From an uncultured Chloroflexia bacterium (GTDB lineage Bacteria; Chloroflexota; Limnocylindria; Limnocylindrales; CSP1-4), in contig CAVWFY010000008.1 of the NCBI GenBank assembly GCA_963754485.1, positions 198,754 to 262,753 on the forward strand: a stretch of DNA of 64,000 nt. The letters run 5' to 3'. The notes beneath the pieces are model-generated. The model was not told the DNA's origin. It saw only the letters and a list, made by a program, of their open reading frames with translations, and ran no database searches. This document shows, piece after piece, positions 7,237 through 17,451 of the stretch. The position numbers were made by a program, and so were the translations under genes. Position 1 is the stretch's first letter. Every line of letters starts with the position of its first letter.

Positions 7237-9585
7237 CTATGCGCGCTGCAGGATCGGCTCGGACGCCTCGGGGTGCTCGTCGCCCAACGCCAGGTACAGC
7301 TCCTCCTCCTGGGCCATGTGCAGGCGGAGGATGGCGTCGAGGCCGTACAGGACGCGCCGGAGGTCGGTGAGGTCCTCGGGTCCGGGTCCCTCGGGCGGCA
7401 CCTCGGCCACCAGGCGATCCGTGAACCGGATCAGGTGGAAGATCTCCGTGTGGGTCCTGTGCAGGGCCGCGGTCACGTCGTCATTGCCCACGGCCTTGGC
7501 CAGGAACGGGAAGACGTCGCGGTCCTCGGCCTCCTCGTGCGGGATGAGGGTCTCGAGCAGGAAGGTCCGGGTCCGCTGGAGCTCCACGAGCGCTTCGGCC
7601 GGCGGCAAGGTGCCCAGCCGGTCCGCCAGGGGCCGGATGCGCGCCATGGCGGGCGCCAGCTCGCGGTGCTCGGCGCGCAGCCGGGCGGAGAGCTCCGTCC
7701 AGCCGGGCACCTTGGGCACGCGTTCCGTGCCGCCGGTCAGCGCTCGAAGCGCGTTGAGGATGACGATGACGTCGATGGCCTCCTGGATCATGGCGCCGGC
7801 CACCGGGGGGAGGGCACCGGTCGTGGCGAAGAGCATCGCGACCAGCGACAGGCCCATGCCCACAATCACGCTCTGGAGCGCGATCGAGCGGGCGCGGCGC
7901 GCGATCAGGATGGCCTCCGGGAGGCGGTCGAGCCTGTCCACCGTGATGACGATGTCGGCGGCCTCGGAGCTGGCCGTCGCGCCCCGGGCCCCCATCGCCA
8001 CGCCGACGTCCGCGTTCGCGAGCGCAGGCGCATCGTTGATACCGTCGCCCACCATCACGAGGATCCCGTTGGCGTCGGCCTTCTCCTGCGCAACCGCGTC
8101 CACCTTGTCGGTGGGGGTGCGCTCGGCCAGCACCGCGTCAACGCCGATGGCGGCCGCGACGATGTCGGCGACGCCGTGGTGGTCGCCGGTGACCATGACC
8201 ATGCGCTGGACGCCGGCCCGGCGCAGGGAGCGGATCACGCGCGGCGTCTCGGGCCGGATCGGATCGTCCAGCACGAGGGCCCCGACCAGCACGCCGTCCA
8301 CACCGACGTACACGCCGGTCGCCCCCTCCAGGTTCACCCGCCGGCGGACGTCACGCGCCCAGGCCGGCAGCGGACCCCCGTCGGTGGCAAAGTCGGCGGT
8401 GCCGACATGGACGAGCCGTCCGTCCACGCGCCCGGTGATCCCGGCACCCGGCACCTCCTCGGCCTCCTCGGGGAGGGCGAGGGTCACGCCTCGTTCGCGG
8501 GCGCCGGACACGATCGACGACGCCAGGACGTGCGGTGAGACCTGCTCCAGCGAGCCCGCGTAGCGCAGCACCTCCTCGGGCGTCCGGTCCGGCGCCGCCG
8601 CGACGTCGGCGAGGTGCGGCCGACCGGCGGTGAGGGTGCCGGTCTTGTCGAACAGGAGGACGCGTGCCCGCGCGATGGCCTCGAGGGCGCCGCCGCCCTT
8701 GACGATGATCCCCCGCTTCGCAGAGCGACTGATCCCGGCCACGATCGCGATGGGCGCCGCGAGGAGCAGCGGGCAGGGCGTCGCCACGACCAGCACGGAC
8801 AGAGCGCGCACCGGGTCGCCCGAGGTCACCCAGGCATAGCCCGCGATGACCAGCGTCAGGGGCACGAACAGGAGCGCGTAGCGGTCGGCGAGGCGCACGA
8901 AGGGCGCCTTGGACGACTGGGCCTCCTCGACGAGACGGACGATGCCGGCGTAGGTGCTGTGCTCCGCGGTGGCGGTCGCCACCAGGTCGAACGGGGCGCC
9001 GGCGTTCACGGTGCCGGAGCTGACGGGATCGCCGGCATCGCGGGTCGCGAGGCGGGCCTCGCCGGTCAGCGCGGACTCGTCGAGGGTCGCTGCGGCGCCC
9101 ATCACGTTGCCGTCGACAGGCACGACCTCGCCGGGCTTGACGAGCAGACGGTCGCCGACCGCGACGTCCGCGATGCCCCGGTCCGCGATGGACCCGTCCT
9201 CATGCCGGTGGACGATGCGCGGGGCGCGCGACACGAGCGCCGAGAGCTCACGGTGGGCGCGGCCCTCCGCGTAGCGTTCCAGCCAGTCTCCGGTCGCCAG
9301 CATGACCGCGATGACGGACGCGGTCAGCGACTCATCCAGCAGCAGGGCCCCGCCGATCGCCATGACCGCGATCACGTCGACGCCGGCATGACCCTTGAGG
9401 AGGTCGCGGACGATCGAGATGGCGAGCCACAGCCCCACCAGGACGGCAGGCACCGTCCAGCACCACCACGCCAGCTCATCGTTGCCAGCGACCTTGGCAG
9501 CCAGCCCGACGACGAGACCCAGCACGGTGAGGGGCAGCATGAGGCGCTCGGTGACGGCGTCGAACGCAGCGAGAGCTCGGGTCAT
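7237..9585 (-). CDS. Heavy-metal P1B-5-type ATPase with C-terminal hemerythrin domain
   Basis: ATPCP TM motif, DKTGT, LTGE, GDGINDAP, QEAID; C-terminal EH...HEEAE...H...HMAQEE hemerythrin pattern. Confidence 0.9.
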   Translation of the reverse strand: MTRALAAFDAVTERLMLPLTVLGLVVGLAAKVAGNDELAWWCWTVPAVLVGLWLAISIVRDLLKGHAGVDVIAVMAIGGALLLDESLTASVIAVMLATGDWLERYAEGRAHRELSALVSRAPRIVHRHEDGSIADRGIADVAVGDRLLVKPGEVVPVDGNVMGAAATLDESALTGEARLATRDAGDPVSSGTVNAGAPFDLVATATAEHSTYAGIVRLVEEAQSSKAPFVRLADRYALLFVPLTLVIAGYAWVTSGDPVRALSVLVVATPCPLLLAAPIAIVAGISRSAKRGIIVKGGGALEAIARARVLLFDKTGTLTAGRPHLADVAAAPDRTPEEVLRYAGSLEQVSPHVLASSIVSGARERGVTLALPEEAEEVPGAGITGRVDGRLVHVGTADFATDGGPLPAWARDVRRRVNLEGATGVYVGVDGVLVGALVLDDPIRPETPRVIRSLRRAGVQRMVMVTGDHHGVADIVAAAIGVDAVLAERTPTDKVDAVAQEKADANGILVMVGDGINDAPALANADVGVAMGARGATASSEAADIVITVDRLDRLPEAILIARRARSIALQSVIVGMGLSLVAMLFATTGALPPVAGAMIQEAIDVIVILNALRALTGGTERVPKVPGWTELSARLRAEHRELAPAMARIRPLADRLGTLPPAEALVELQRTRTFLLETLIPHEEAEDRDVFPFLAKAVGNDDVTAALHRTHTEIFHLIRFTDRLVAEVPPEGPGPEDLTDLRRVLYGLDAILRLHMAQEEELYLALGDEHPEASEPILQRA

Positions 9586-10334
9586 GGCCTCGATCGTACC
9601 GGCCGCCCTCCGGCACCGGCCGTGCCGATCGGACCGGTCCGCGGACCGCGGGAGCCCACTGTCGCTGGGACCGTCCCGGCTCGGCGTGACGGACGGCCCA
9701 GCAGGTCATCCGCCCAGGCTCCGACGCCTGGCCAGACCCGCTCCACCCCCACGCCGCGGAATGCCTCGGGGGACATCGTGGTCCCGACCGCCACGAACGC
9801 GGCACCGGCCGCCATGGTCATCTCGAGGTCGACGATGGTGTCGCCCACGTAGACGGTGTCGCCTGCGGCCACGCCCAGGTCGTCCAGCGCGCGGATCAAC
9901 GCCTCGGGGTGGGGCTTGGAGAACTCGACGTCGTCCGCGTACCAGGCCGTCTGGAACACGCCTGCGAGGTTGAGGCGCTCGATGCTGGGCTCCACCACGC
10001 CGCGTGTGGATGCCGTCACGAGGCCTACCTTCACGCCGTGGCGGCGCAGGTCGCGGAGTGCGCCGCGGGCCCAGGGCATCGCGCGGGGCCGCATGCGGGA
10101 CATCTCGGCGGCCCACCGGCCGGCCATCTCGTCCCACAGGTGTTCCGGGATCCCGAGCTCCTGGTAACCGCGGCGCCAGTCGGGCGTGTACTGCTCGCGG
10201 AACCACTCCCGGCTCATCGTCAGGCCGTAGTGGCGCAGCGAGGCCACGTTGGCGCGGTAGATCATCGCCATCGTGTCGGCGAGCGTGCCGTCCCAGTCGA
10301 AGACGGCGGCGGCGGGGAGACGGCGGGCGGGCAT
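9582..10334 (-). CDS. HAD superfamily hydrolase (Gph/PPaX-like)
   Basis: FDWDGTLAD, VTAS, SKPHPE, YVGDTIVD. Confidence 0.88.
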   Translation of the reverse strand: MPARRLPAAAVFDWDGTLADTMAMIYRANVASLRHYGLTMSREWFREQYTPDWRRGYQELGIPEHLWDEMAGRWAAEMSRMRPRAMPWARGALRDLRRHGVKVGLVTASTRGVVEPSIERLNLAGVFQTAWYADDVEFSKPHPEALIRALDDLGVAAGDTVYVGDTIVDLEMTMAAGAAFVAVGTTMSPEAFRGVGVERVWPGVGAWADDLLGRPSRRAGTVPATVGSRGPRTGPIGTAGAGGRPVRSRP

Positions 10335-10405
10335 GCACCGATCGTAGGGGAGGCGCCGGAAGCGTGGGTCGCCGGCGCGTCAACCCGCCGGCGTCAGCGC
10401 GGGAC

Positions 10406-11038
10406 TCAGCCCGCCAGGCCGATGGCGATCGCGATGACCCCGAACGCACCGATCGCGACGGCCGACACGATGTTCAGCCAGCGGACCACGCCCGGCGTCA
10501 GGCGGGCGCGCAGGCCTGCCACGAGCCCGGTCAGGAGCGCCCACCAGGCCACGGAACCCAGGAACACGCCCGCCACCACCGCCACGGCGCCAAACGCGCC
10601 TCCCGTCCCGGCCCCGATGCTCGCGAACAGTGCCGCGAAGGCGAGGATCGTGGCCGGGTTCGTCAGCGTGAGGCCCAGCATGGACGCCCAGCCGGCGATC
10701 GGACCCCTGACCCGCGTTTCGTCCGAGAGCGCTGCGGTATCACCGGTGGCGGTGAGGGCCGAGCGCAGGGACCGCACCGCGAGCACCACCAGGACGGCGC
10801 CACCGATGATCCCGAGAGCCCGGTCGACACCCACCAGGAGCTCGGTGACGGCGGTGAGGCCGAAGGCCGCGATGGCGCCATACATGGCGTCGGCCGTGGC
10901 GACGCCCACGCCGGACAGGAAGCCGTAGGACCAGCCACGGTCGATCGTCCGGCGGATCACGAGGAGGCCGATAGGCCCCAGCGCGAACGCGACGGCGAAG
11001 CCGATCGCCAGGCCGCGGAGGAAGAGGTCGAAGGTCAC
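10406..11038 (-). CDS. LysE family translocator
   Basis: GFAVAFALGPIGLLVIRRT, GVATADAMYG, LTLTNPATI. Confidence 0.88.
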   Translation of the reverse strand: MTFDLFLRGLAIGFAVAFALGPIGLLVIRRTIDRGWSYGFLSGVGVATADAMYGAIAAFGLTAVTELLVGVDRALGIIGGAVLVVLAVRSLRSALTATGDTAALSDETRVRGPIAGWASMLGLTLTNPATILAFAALFASIGAGTGGAFGAVAVVAGVFLGSVAWWALLTGLVAGLRARLTPGVVRWLNIVSAVAIGAFGVIAIAIGLAG

Positions 11039-12603
11039 CGGCGAACCGCTGCCCGCAGGATCATCCCCTCGTCGCCGCGCAGCACCAGGGTGGGGTCGGC
11101 CGGCAAGCCCGGCTCCCGGTCCAGCGCTGTCGAGAGCTCGATCGCCCATGCCCCGTCCAGGAGCACGGCGGCGGGGTCTCCCGTGAGGTTGAGCAGGACC
11201 AGGAACCGCGTCCCACCGTGCTCGCGCGCGTAGGCGACCACGCCCGCGGGTGCGGCCAAGCCCTCCCATGAGCCAAGGTGCAACGCCGGTTCGGCACGCC
11301 GCAGCGCGAGGAGCCGCCGGTGCAGAGCGAGCATCGAGGCCGGCGCGCGCTCCTGGGCCTCGACGCTGAACAGGCCCGGGTTGTCCGTGATCGGCAGCCA
11401 GGGGACGCCCCCCGTGAAGCCGGCGTTGGAGCCCGAGGTCCAGGGCATCGGCGAGCGTTCCGGGTCCCGCCCGGCGACATCCACGGCCCGGTCGGGCGGC
11501 ACGACAACGTCCGGGAGCCCCAGTTCGTCGCCGTAGTACAGCGTGGGGGTGCCCCGGAGCGTGAGCAGCAGCATGGCCGCCACGCGGGCCTGCGCGGCAC
11601 CGAGGCGTGTCGCCACCCGCGACTGGTCGTGGTTGCCCAGGACCCAGGTCGGCCAGGCAGCGTCCGGGAGCGCCGACTCGTACGCCTCGACCGCTGCGCG
11701 GATCGCCCCGGCAGTCCAGGGCAACGTGATGAGAGCCGTGTTGAACGGGAGGTGCGCGCCGTGTCCGCCGGGGCCGTAGTAGCGCACGACCCGGCGCGGC
11801 TCCATGTAGACCTCGCCGATCAGCACCCGGTCCGGATACTCGTCGGCGACGTCGCGCAGCTCGCGAAGCCACTCGTCCATCGCCGGCCCATCGCCGTGCT
11901 CGAGGGCGTTCCGGGGGTCGCCGCCGAAGCCGGACGGCGCGTCCGCCACGGGTCCGTCGCGCCACGGGGCGTCGTCCTTGGCGATCATCCACAGGACGTC
12001 GATCCGGAACCCGTCCACGCCCCGGTCGAACCAGAAGCGCAGGTTGTCGAGCATCGCGGCCCGGACGGCCGGGTTGCGCCAGTCAAGGTCGGGTTGCCCG
12101 GGCAGGAACGAGTGATACCAGTACTGGCCCGAAACCCTGTCCAGCGTCCAGGCCGGCCCGCCGAACTGGGCGACGAGGTCGTTGGGCGGGCCGCCGCCGG
12201 GGGCAGGGTCGCGCCAGACGTACCAGTCCCTGTGCGCAGCGTCCCGCGATGACCTGGCGTCAAGGAACCACGGGTGATCCGAGGAGGTGTGGTTGGGCAC
12301 GAAGTCCAGCACCACGCGGATGCCCCGCTCGTGGGCTGCGGCGATCAGCCTGTCCGCATCCTCGAGCGTGCCGAATAGCGGGTCCACGTCGCGGTAGTCG
12401 GCGACGTCATACCCGAAGTCACGCATCGGCGAACGGAAGATCGGCGACAGCCAGAGGGCGTCGACGCCGAGTGCCACCAGGTAGTCCAGCCGCCCGGTGA
12501 TTCCGGGGAGATCGCCGATCCCGTCCCCGTCCGAGTCCGCGAACGACCGCGGGTAGACCTGGTACACGACGCCGCGCTGCCACCACGGCGCGTTGGACCG
12601 CAT
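11035..12603 (-). CDS. GH13 alpha-glucosidase/oligo-1,6-glucosidase-like enzyme
   Basis: WWQRGVVYQVYPRSFADS, DFVPNHTS, GVDGFRIDV, LIGE, LGNHD, DPERSPMPW. Confidence 0.92.
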   Translation of the reverse strand: MRSNAPWWQRGVVYQVYPRSFADSDGDGIGDLPGITGRLDYLVALGVDALWLSPIFRSPMRDFGYDVADYRDVDPLFGTLEDADRLIAAAHERGIRVVLDFVPNHTSSDHPWFLDARSSRDAAHRDWYVWRDPAPGGGPPNDLVAQFGGPAWTLDRVSGQYWYHSFLPGQPDLDWRNPAVRAAMLDNLRFWFDRGVDGFRIDVLWMIAKDDAPWRDGPVADAPSGFGGDPRNALEHGDGPAMDEWLRELRDVADEYPDRVLIGEVYMEPRRVVRYYGPGGHGAHLPFNTALITLPWTAGAIRAAVEAYESALPDAAWPTWVLGNHDQSRVATRLGAAQARVAAMLLLTLRGTPTLYYGDELGLPDVVVPPDRAVDVAGRDPERSPMPWTSGSNAGFTGGVPWLPITDNPGLFSVEAQERAPASMLALHRRLLALRRAEPALHLGSWEGLAAPAGVVAYAREHGGTRFLVLLNLTGDPAAVLLDGAWAIELSTALDREPGLPADPTLVLRGDEGMILRAAVRR

Positions 12604-12625
12604 CAGGCGACGCGAGCGGGCGGGG

Positions 12626-14497
12626 CTACGGGGTGGCGGATGGGCTGGGCTTGGGCGCGACGGCGCCCTTGCCCTTGAGGAGGATGCCGGTCACGGTCGC
12701 GTAGTGCGTGAAGTAGGTCTTCGAGCGCAGCTTCTTGCCGTTCTCGTAGACCGTGACCGTCCGCCACACGTCGAAGCCGTTCACCGGGTACTCGACCCGC
12801 TCCGACTGGCCAGCGCGGAGGCTGGACGTGTACTGCACGGTGTCCGTCGCCGTGCGCCGGTTCTTGATGGTGGGGACGCTGATCGCGACCCTCCGCCCAA
12901 CCGGCACGCTGTACAGCTGGAACGTCACGTACCCCCTGTTGCCCTTGCGGGTGTTGATGCCGCGGATGAGCACCGGGTACTCGGTGTCATTGGTCCAGCT
13001 CATGGTCTGCTTGGAGCCACCCCCGGAGATGAACACCGTGGCGTCCAGGCCGACCGGGTAGCGGTCGATGTAGTAGTAGTGGTTGCGGCGGGCTTCCATC
13101 CTGTAGCCGGCGCGAAGGGCCGCGTTGAACAGCGTGGTGGAGCAGGAGCAGATGCCGCCGGCCAGCGCACCCAGCGGCTCGGTCCGGCCGTTGATGATCG
13201 CGCCACCGGACTTGTAGCCCTGCGCGCGGGTCACCGGACCCACGGCCTTCCAGAAGTCGAACTTCTCGCCAGGGGCGACGACGTAGCCGTTGATCAGCTT
13301 GGCCGGGATCCAGATGTTGGCGCCGAAACCGTTGCGCTCGTAGACCTGGAACGGCGTCGTCCACCTGCCCTGGGGCAGCGCCTTCATCTTCGGGGCAGCG
13401 GCCTTGGCCTCGGCCGTCGTGAGGGCAGGCTCGGTCACGGCCACCACGGGCTCGAACGTGCCGTCGGGGGTCCCAGCCTGACGCGCGGCAAGCGCGCCGG
13501 TGACGAGCGCGCGGGTCGCCTCGACATCGAGCTTGCGGCCTTCCTTGCTCCCGGCGCCCACCACGATTCGTCCACCGGACAGCTTGAGGCCGGCGTTCGC
13601 GACCTTCTGGTTCACATCCTTGGCAATCGGCTTGATCAGCGGGTCGATCCCCATCTCGTCGACGACCGGCACGAAGCCGCCGTCCGCGGTCGGTGAGAAC
13701 GAGATCAGCTCGCGGAGCTTCGCGCCCGACAGCGTCCACGTCTGGTCGCCGCGCGTGAGCACGAGGTCCTGGGCCATCCGGTCGGCGGCGGCGGTCGCGG
13801 CATCGACGTCGGCCGTCTCCGTGTCCGGAGTCTGCGTGGTGAACGGGATGTCCGCGCGGATCTCGCCCGGCGCACCCAGCTCCGAGAGCTGCTCGTCGAG
13901 CGAGGCAATGAGTGCGGCCTGGTCGACGGTGCGCCCCACCACCGATCCGGTCGTCGCGTAGGAACCGTCCTTGTTGACCGCCAGGGTGGCACTCACTGGC
14001 TCGCGGTCGATGGACCTGGCGATGGCGGCGACGGCCGTCTCGAGGGCGGTGGGGTCATAGGTCACAATCGCGTCCACGCTCGCGCCACGGAGGGCGGTCT
14101 GCGGAGCCGCGATGAGGTCCGCGACGGGCTGGCCCTGGCGCCCGGCCGCGAGGGCCGCCGCGAGCATCGCCAGCGTGTCCGGTCCGCGCCCGATCTCCTC
14201 GTAGCCGATGGTCGCCTCGCCATCGGGACCAGCGAGCGTGATCGCACCCGCGCCCAGCGACGCGTACGCGTCGGCGATGGCAGCAGTGGCGGCCTCGGGC
14301 GTCAGGCCCGAGAGGTCGACCCCGCCGGCCAGGACGCCGGGCAGGACCTTGCCGGTGTACTGCTGGCCGTACGCGTAGAGGCTGGCGCTGCCGACGCCGA
14401 CCACGAGCACGACCCCGAGCAGGAACGCGATCGCGAACCTTGCCACCATCGATCGGCCGCGGGGCGAGGGAGAGGCGAGGACGGGTTCGTCGGTCAT
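12626..14497 (-). CDS. VanW-like domain protein (N-terminal TM, PG-binding repeats, VanW, G5-like)
   Basis: GGICSCSTTLFNA, RRNHYY, YPVGLDATV, NDTEYPVLI. Confidence 0.85.
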   Translation of the reverse strand: MTDEPVLASPSPRGRSMVARFAIAFLLGVVLVVGVGSASLYAYGQQYTGKVLPGVLAGGVDLSGLTPEAATAAIADAYASLGAGAITLAGPDGEATIGYEEIGRGPDTLAMLAAALAAGRQGQPVADLIAAPQTALRGASVDAIVTYDPTALETAVAAIARSIDREPVSATLAVNKDGSYATTGSVVGRTVDQAALIASLDEQLSELGAPGEIRADIPFTTQTPDTETADVDAATAAADRMAQDLVLTRGDQTWTLSGAKLRELISFSPTADGGFVPVVDEMGIDPLIKPIAKDVNQKVANAGLKLSGGRIVVGAGSKEGRKLDVEATRALVTGALAARQAGTPDGTFEPVVAVTEPALTTAEAKAAAPKMKALPQGRWTTPFQVYERNGFGANIWIPAKLINGYVVAPGEKFDFWKAVGPVTRAQGYKSGGAIINGRTEPLGALAGGICSCSTTLFNAALRAGYRMEARRNHYYYIDRYPVGLDATVFISGGGSKQTMSWTNDTEYPVLIRGINTRKGNRGYVTFQLYSVPVGRRVAISVPTIKNRRTATDTVQYTSSLRAGQSERVEYPVNGFDVWRTVTVYENGKKLRSKTYFTHYATVTGILLKGKGAVAPKPSPSATP

Positions 14498-14550
14498 CGG
14501 GTCGGTCTCAAGCTGGAACGGAGGCGGATCGTAGCAGGGTCCCCGGAGCT

Positions 14551-14574
14551 GGGGCCGGGAGCGGGGCCGGGAGC
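14551..14574. repeat. 12-nt tandem direct repeat GGGGCCGGGAGC x2
   Basis: Read directly in the jag-vanW intergenic region. Confidence 0.7.
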
Positions 14575-14609
14575 AGCCCCCTGGTTCCCGTTACGACGCG
14601 GGACCGCTC

Positions 14610-15650
14610 CTAGACGTTTCGCGGCAGGACGACAACGCGGCGGTTCGGCTCCTCGCCGATCGACTGCGTCGAGACGTCGGGGTTGTTGCGCAGGGCCAGG
14701 TGGATCCAGCGCCGCTCGAGGGCCGGCATCGGCTCGAGCTGGAGCATCTTGCCGGTCTCGACGACGCGGCCCGCGGCACGTGCGGCAAGGTCCTCGAGCT
14801 GGCGCTCACGGCGGCCCCGGTAGTCCTCGACGTCCACGAGGACGCGGGTCCACTGGCCGGTGCGGCGCGACAGCATCAGGTTGACGAGGTGCTGGAGGGC
14901 CGAGAGGCGCTCGCCCTTGCGACCGATCAACGAGCCGAGGGCCTCACGGTCGGGGCCGTCGCCGACGACGTTGAGCCGGCTCGTCTCGCCCTCGCGGATC
15001 TCGACCGTCACGCTCTCGAAGCCGAGGTGGTGCATCACGGTCTCGAGGATCTCCTTGCCGGCGGCCAGCGCCTCGGGGGTCGCCTCCGCAGCCTCGAGCT
15101 CGGCACGCTCCATGGCGAGCGAGCCGCGCGCCGTCGCGACGGCCGCGACCTCGGCCGCGGAGAGCTCGGAACCACCCTTGTTCGGGACGGCGTCGCGCCG
15201 GGGGCCACGATCGTCGCGGCGAGGGGGCCGATCACCGGCGGGACGGTCGCCGTACTCGCGGCGGGGGGGCCGATCACCAGCCGGGCGGTCGTCGCGGCGC
15301 GGGGGGCGGTCGCCGGCAGGTCGGTCACCGTAGTCGCGGCGCGGGGGGCGGTCGCGATCGCCCGACGAGGGACGATCACCGTACTCGCGGCGCGGGCCGC
15401 GGTCCTCGCGGGGCGGCGGGGTCGGCAGGGGCTTGGACTCGGCCGCCTCGCGCTTGGGAGCCGTGCCCCCGAGGGCGCTGCGCGGCGCGGCCACGATCCG
15501 GGCGAGCTCGGCGCCCATGCCCAGGACCCCGCGGCTACCGGGGGTGAGGATCTCGAAGTCGAGGTCAGCAAGACCGACCCCGAACTGGTCGCAGGCGCCC
15601 TTGATGGCCTCTTCGACCGACTTGCCGGTGAATTCCTGGTACTCGCTCAT
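14610..15650 (-). CDS. jag: Jag/EloR/KhpB RNA-binding protein
   Basis: N-terminal GKSVEEAI domain, KH LIGRKGERLSALQ, R3H ERRWIH; follows yidC. Confidence 0.93.
   Translation of the reverse strand: MSEYQEFTGKSVEEAIKGACDQFGVGLADLDFEILTPGSRGVLGMGAELARIVAAPRSALGGTAPKREAAESKPLPTPPPREDRGPRREYGDRPSSGDRDRPPRRDYGDRPAGDRPPRRDDRPAGDRPPRREYGDRPAGDRPPRRDDRGPRRDAVPNKGGSELSAAEVAAVATARGSLAMERAELEAAEATPEALAAGKEILETVMHHLGFESVTVEIREGETSRLNVVGDGPDREALGSLIGRKGERLSALQHLVNLMLSRRTGQWTRVLVDVEDYRGRRERQLEDLAARAAGRVVETGKMLQLEPMPALERRWIHLALRNNPDVSTQSIGEEPNRRVVVLPRNV
15210..15410 (-). repeat. Imperfect coding tandem repeats GDRPPRR(D/E)(YGD)RPA in the Jag linker
   Basis: About 5 degenerate units visible in the translation. 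Confidence 0.8.
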
Positions 15651-15652
15651 GT

Positions 15653-16849
15653 CTAGCGTCGTCTCCCGCGTCGGCCGCTCCGCGTGCGGTTGGGCCTGAT
15701 CGTCGACTGGACCGAGAGGTCTCGGTCGAGGGCCTTCGAGCGCTCCGCCGCGCTCGTGGGTGTGCCGGGCTCGATGGGTTTGGGCTCGGGCAGGGTCACG
15801 TGGTAGCGCGGGGTGTGGTTCCGCGCGAACTCGGGGTACCAGCCGAACAGCGGGAACGTCCCGCCGAAGCCCATCACGAGGAACTGCTGGCCGACCTGGA
15901 TGATCGACGAGAAGATCCAGTAGAGGAACAGGCCGGCCGGCAGAAAGCCGCCGTACACGATTGAGATCAGCGGCAGGAAGTAGGCCATCTGGCGCTGGAC
16001 CTTGACGTTGGCGTCGTCGGCCATGCGCGGGTCGAGCGGGGCCAGCATCTGGCGGGAGGCGACCAGCTGGATCAGGGACGAGATGATCGCCAGGATGCTG
16101 ATCCCGAAGCCCATGATCTGGAGGCCGGTGGTGACCGGCTCCGGGTATGACCAGTTGATGCCGAAGGCGATCGGGTTGAGGCACGGGTTGGTGACCTGGC
16201 CCGCGGCGTTGAAGATCGGCGCCGGGTCGCAGACGATGCCCAGCGGCACCGCGAGGTTGAACCCGAACACCTGGAGCATCGGCGTGATGTCGTAGTTGGT
16301 GAGGCCCTGGCTGATGACCGAGTACATCGGGATCAGCAGGCCCATCGTGAGCAGCGCCGGGAGACAGCCACCGGCCGGATTGATGCCGCGCTGCTTGTAG
16401 AACTCCTGCGTGGCGGCCTGCTGCTTGACGCGGTCGCCCTTGTACTTGCGCTGGATGTCCTTGATCTCGGGCTGCAGCAGCTGGGTCTGGCGCGACGAGA
16501 CGAGCTGCTTCTTCGTGATCGGGGTCGTGGCGACCTTGAGGATGACCGTGAGCAGGATGATCGCGATGGCGATGTTGCCCTCGGACCAGATCACCTTCGT
16601 CGCCGTGTCGAGCACCACCAGGACGATGAACAGCGCCTGGAAGATCGGCGTGAACAGCCACGCCAGGAGGTCCATCGGGTTGCCCGTCAGCTGGGCGGGC
16701 GCCAGGGGCGCCTGGCTGAAGCTGGGCGATGCGCCGTCCGAGGCACCCGGGGCCGTCGTGCCCGGAACACAGGCGCTGACGATCATGGCGATGCCGACGA
16801 GGAACAGGAGCGGCGCCAGCCGGACGAGGAGCTGCTGGAGGCGGGTCAC
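15653..16849 (-). CDS. yidC: YidC/Oxa1 membrane protein insertase (lipoprotein-type signal VSAC)
   Basis: LQPEIKDIQRKYK, GINPAGGCLP, AGLFLYW; position in the rnpA-yidD-yidC-jag cluster. Confidence 0.95.
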   Translation of the reverse strand: MTRLQQLLVRLAPLLFLVGIAMIVSACVPGTTAPGASDGASPSFSQAPLAPAQLTGNPMDLLAWLFTPIFQALFIVLVVLDTATKVIWSEGNIAIAIILLTVILKVATTPITKKQLVSSRQTQLLQPEIKDIQRKYKGDRVKQQAATQEFYKQRGINPAGGCLPALLTMGLLIPMYSVISQGLTNYDITPMLQVFGFNLAVPLGIVCDPAPIFNAAGQVTNPCLNPIAFGINWSYPEPVTTGLQIMGFGISILAIISSLIQLVASRQMLAPLDPRMADDANVKVQRQMAYFLPLISIVYGGFLPAGLFLYWIFSSIIQVGQQFLVMGFGGTFPLFGWYPEFARNHTPRYHVTLPEPKPIEPGTPTSAAERSKALDRDLSVQSTIRPNRTRSGRRGRRR

Positions 16850-16865
16850 GCGGTTCTTCTATCCA

Positions 16866-17084
16866 TTAGGGGACCGGGTCGTAGCCGCCCGGGTTCCAGG
16901 GATGGCACCGGCCGATGCGCCTGGCTCCCATCCAGGAGCCTCGCAGCAGCCCGTATTTCCGGATCGCCTGCTCGGTGTAGCGCGAGCAGGAGGGTTCGAA
17001 CCGGCAGCTGGAGGGCAGCCACGCGAACACGAGCCGGTACAGGTGGATCAAGCCCACCCCGACCGCGACGCCGATCTGGCTCAC
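16866..17084 (-). CDS. yidD: Membrane protein insertion efficiency factor YidD
   Basis: [28 protein letters not shown]. Confidence 0.95.
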   Translation of the reverse strand: MSQIGVAVGVGLIHLYRLVFAWLPSSCRFEPSCSRYTEQAIRKYGLLRGSWMGARRIGRCHPWNPGGYDPVP

Positions 17085-17416
17085 GACTCCGTCAGACCTC
17101 CGAGCACGCCCCCCGAACGGAGGACCCGGTCCAATGCCCCGACCAGTGCGTCCTGGTCGGCCCCGACGATCGCGGGCCGGGCAATGATGAGGACGTCCCA
17201 GCCGGGCTGGAACGAGGGCGCCATCACCCTTAGCACCTCGCGGATCCGGCGCCGGGCGCGGTTCCGGACAACGGCTCCTCCGAGCCGCTTGCCGGTCGCG
17301 AACCCGAACCGGGTCTGGTCAAGGTCGGTCCGGACGAAGCGCCCGACCAGCAGCGGGTGCGCCCTTGCGACGCCACCTTCCGCGAGCCTGGCGAAGTCGC
17401 CCGGGCGGGAGAGCAT
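17081..17416 (-). CDS. rnpA: Ribonuclease P protein component
   Basis: [25 protein letters not shown] (RNR motif); start approximate. Confidence 0.93.
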   Translation of the reverse strand: MLSRPGDFARLAEGGVARAHPLLVGRFVRTDLDQTRFGFATGKRLGGAVVRNRARRRIREVLRVMAPSFQPGWDVLIIARPAIVGADQDALVGALDRVLRSGGVLGGLTES

Positions 17417-17451
17417 GACGAGCCGCAGCGAGTTGTGACTGCGACCGCCGG

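Noticed and set aside
12626-14497. Vancomycin resistance cluster
   Set aside because: No vanH/A/X/R/S nearby; VanW domains are widespread in non-resistant bacteria
15210-15410. CRISPR-like repeat array
   Set aside because: Repeats are in-frame, degenerate, lack unique spacers, and no cas genes are present
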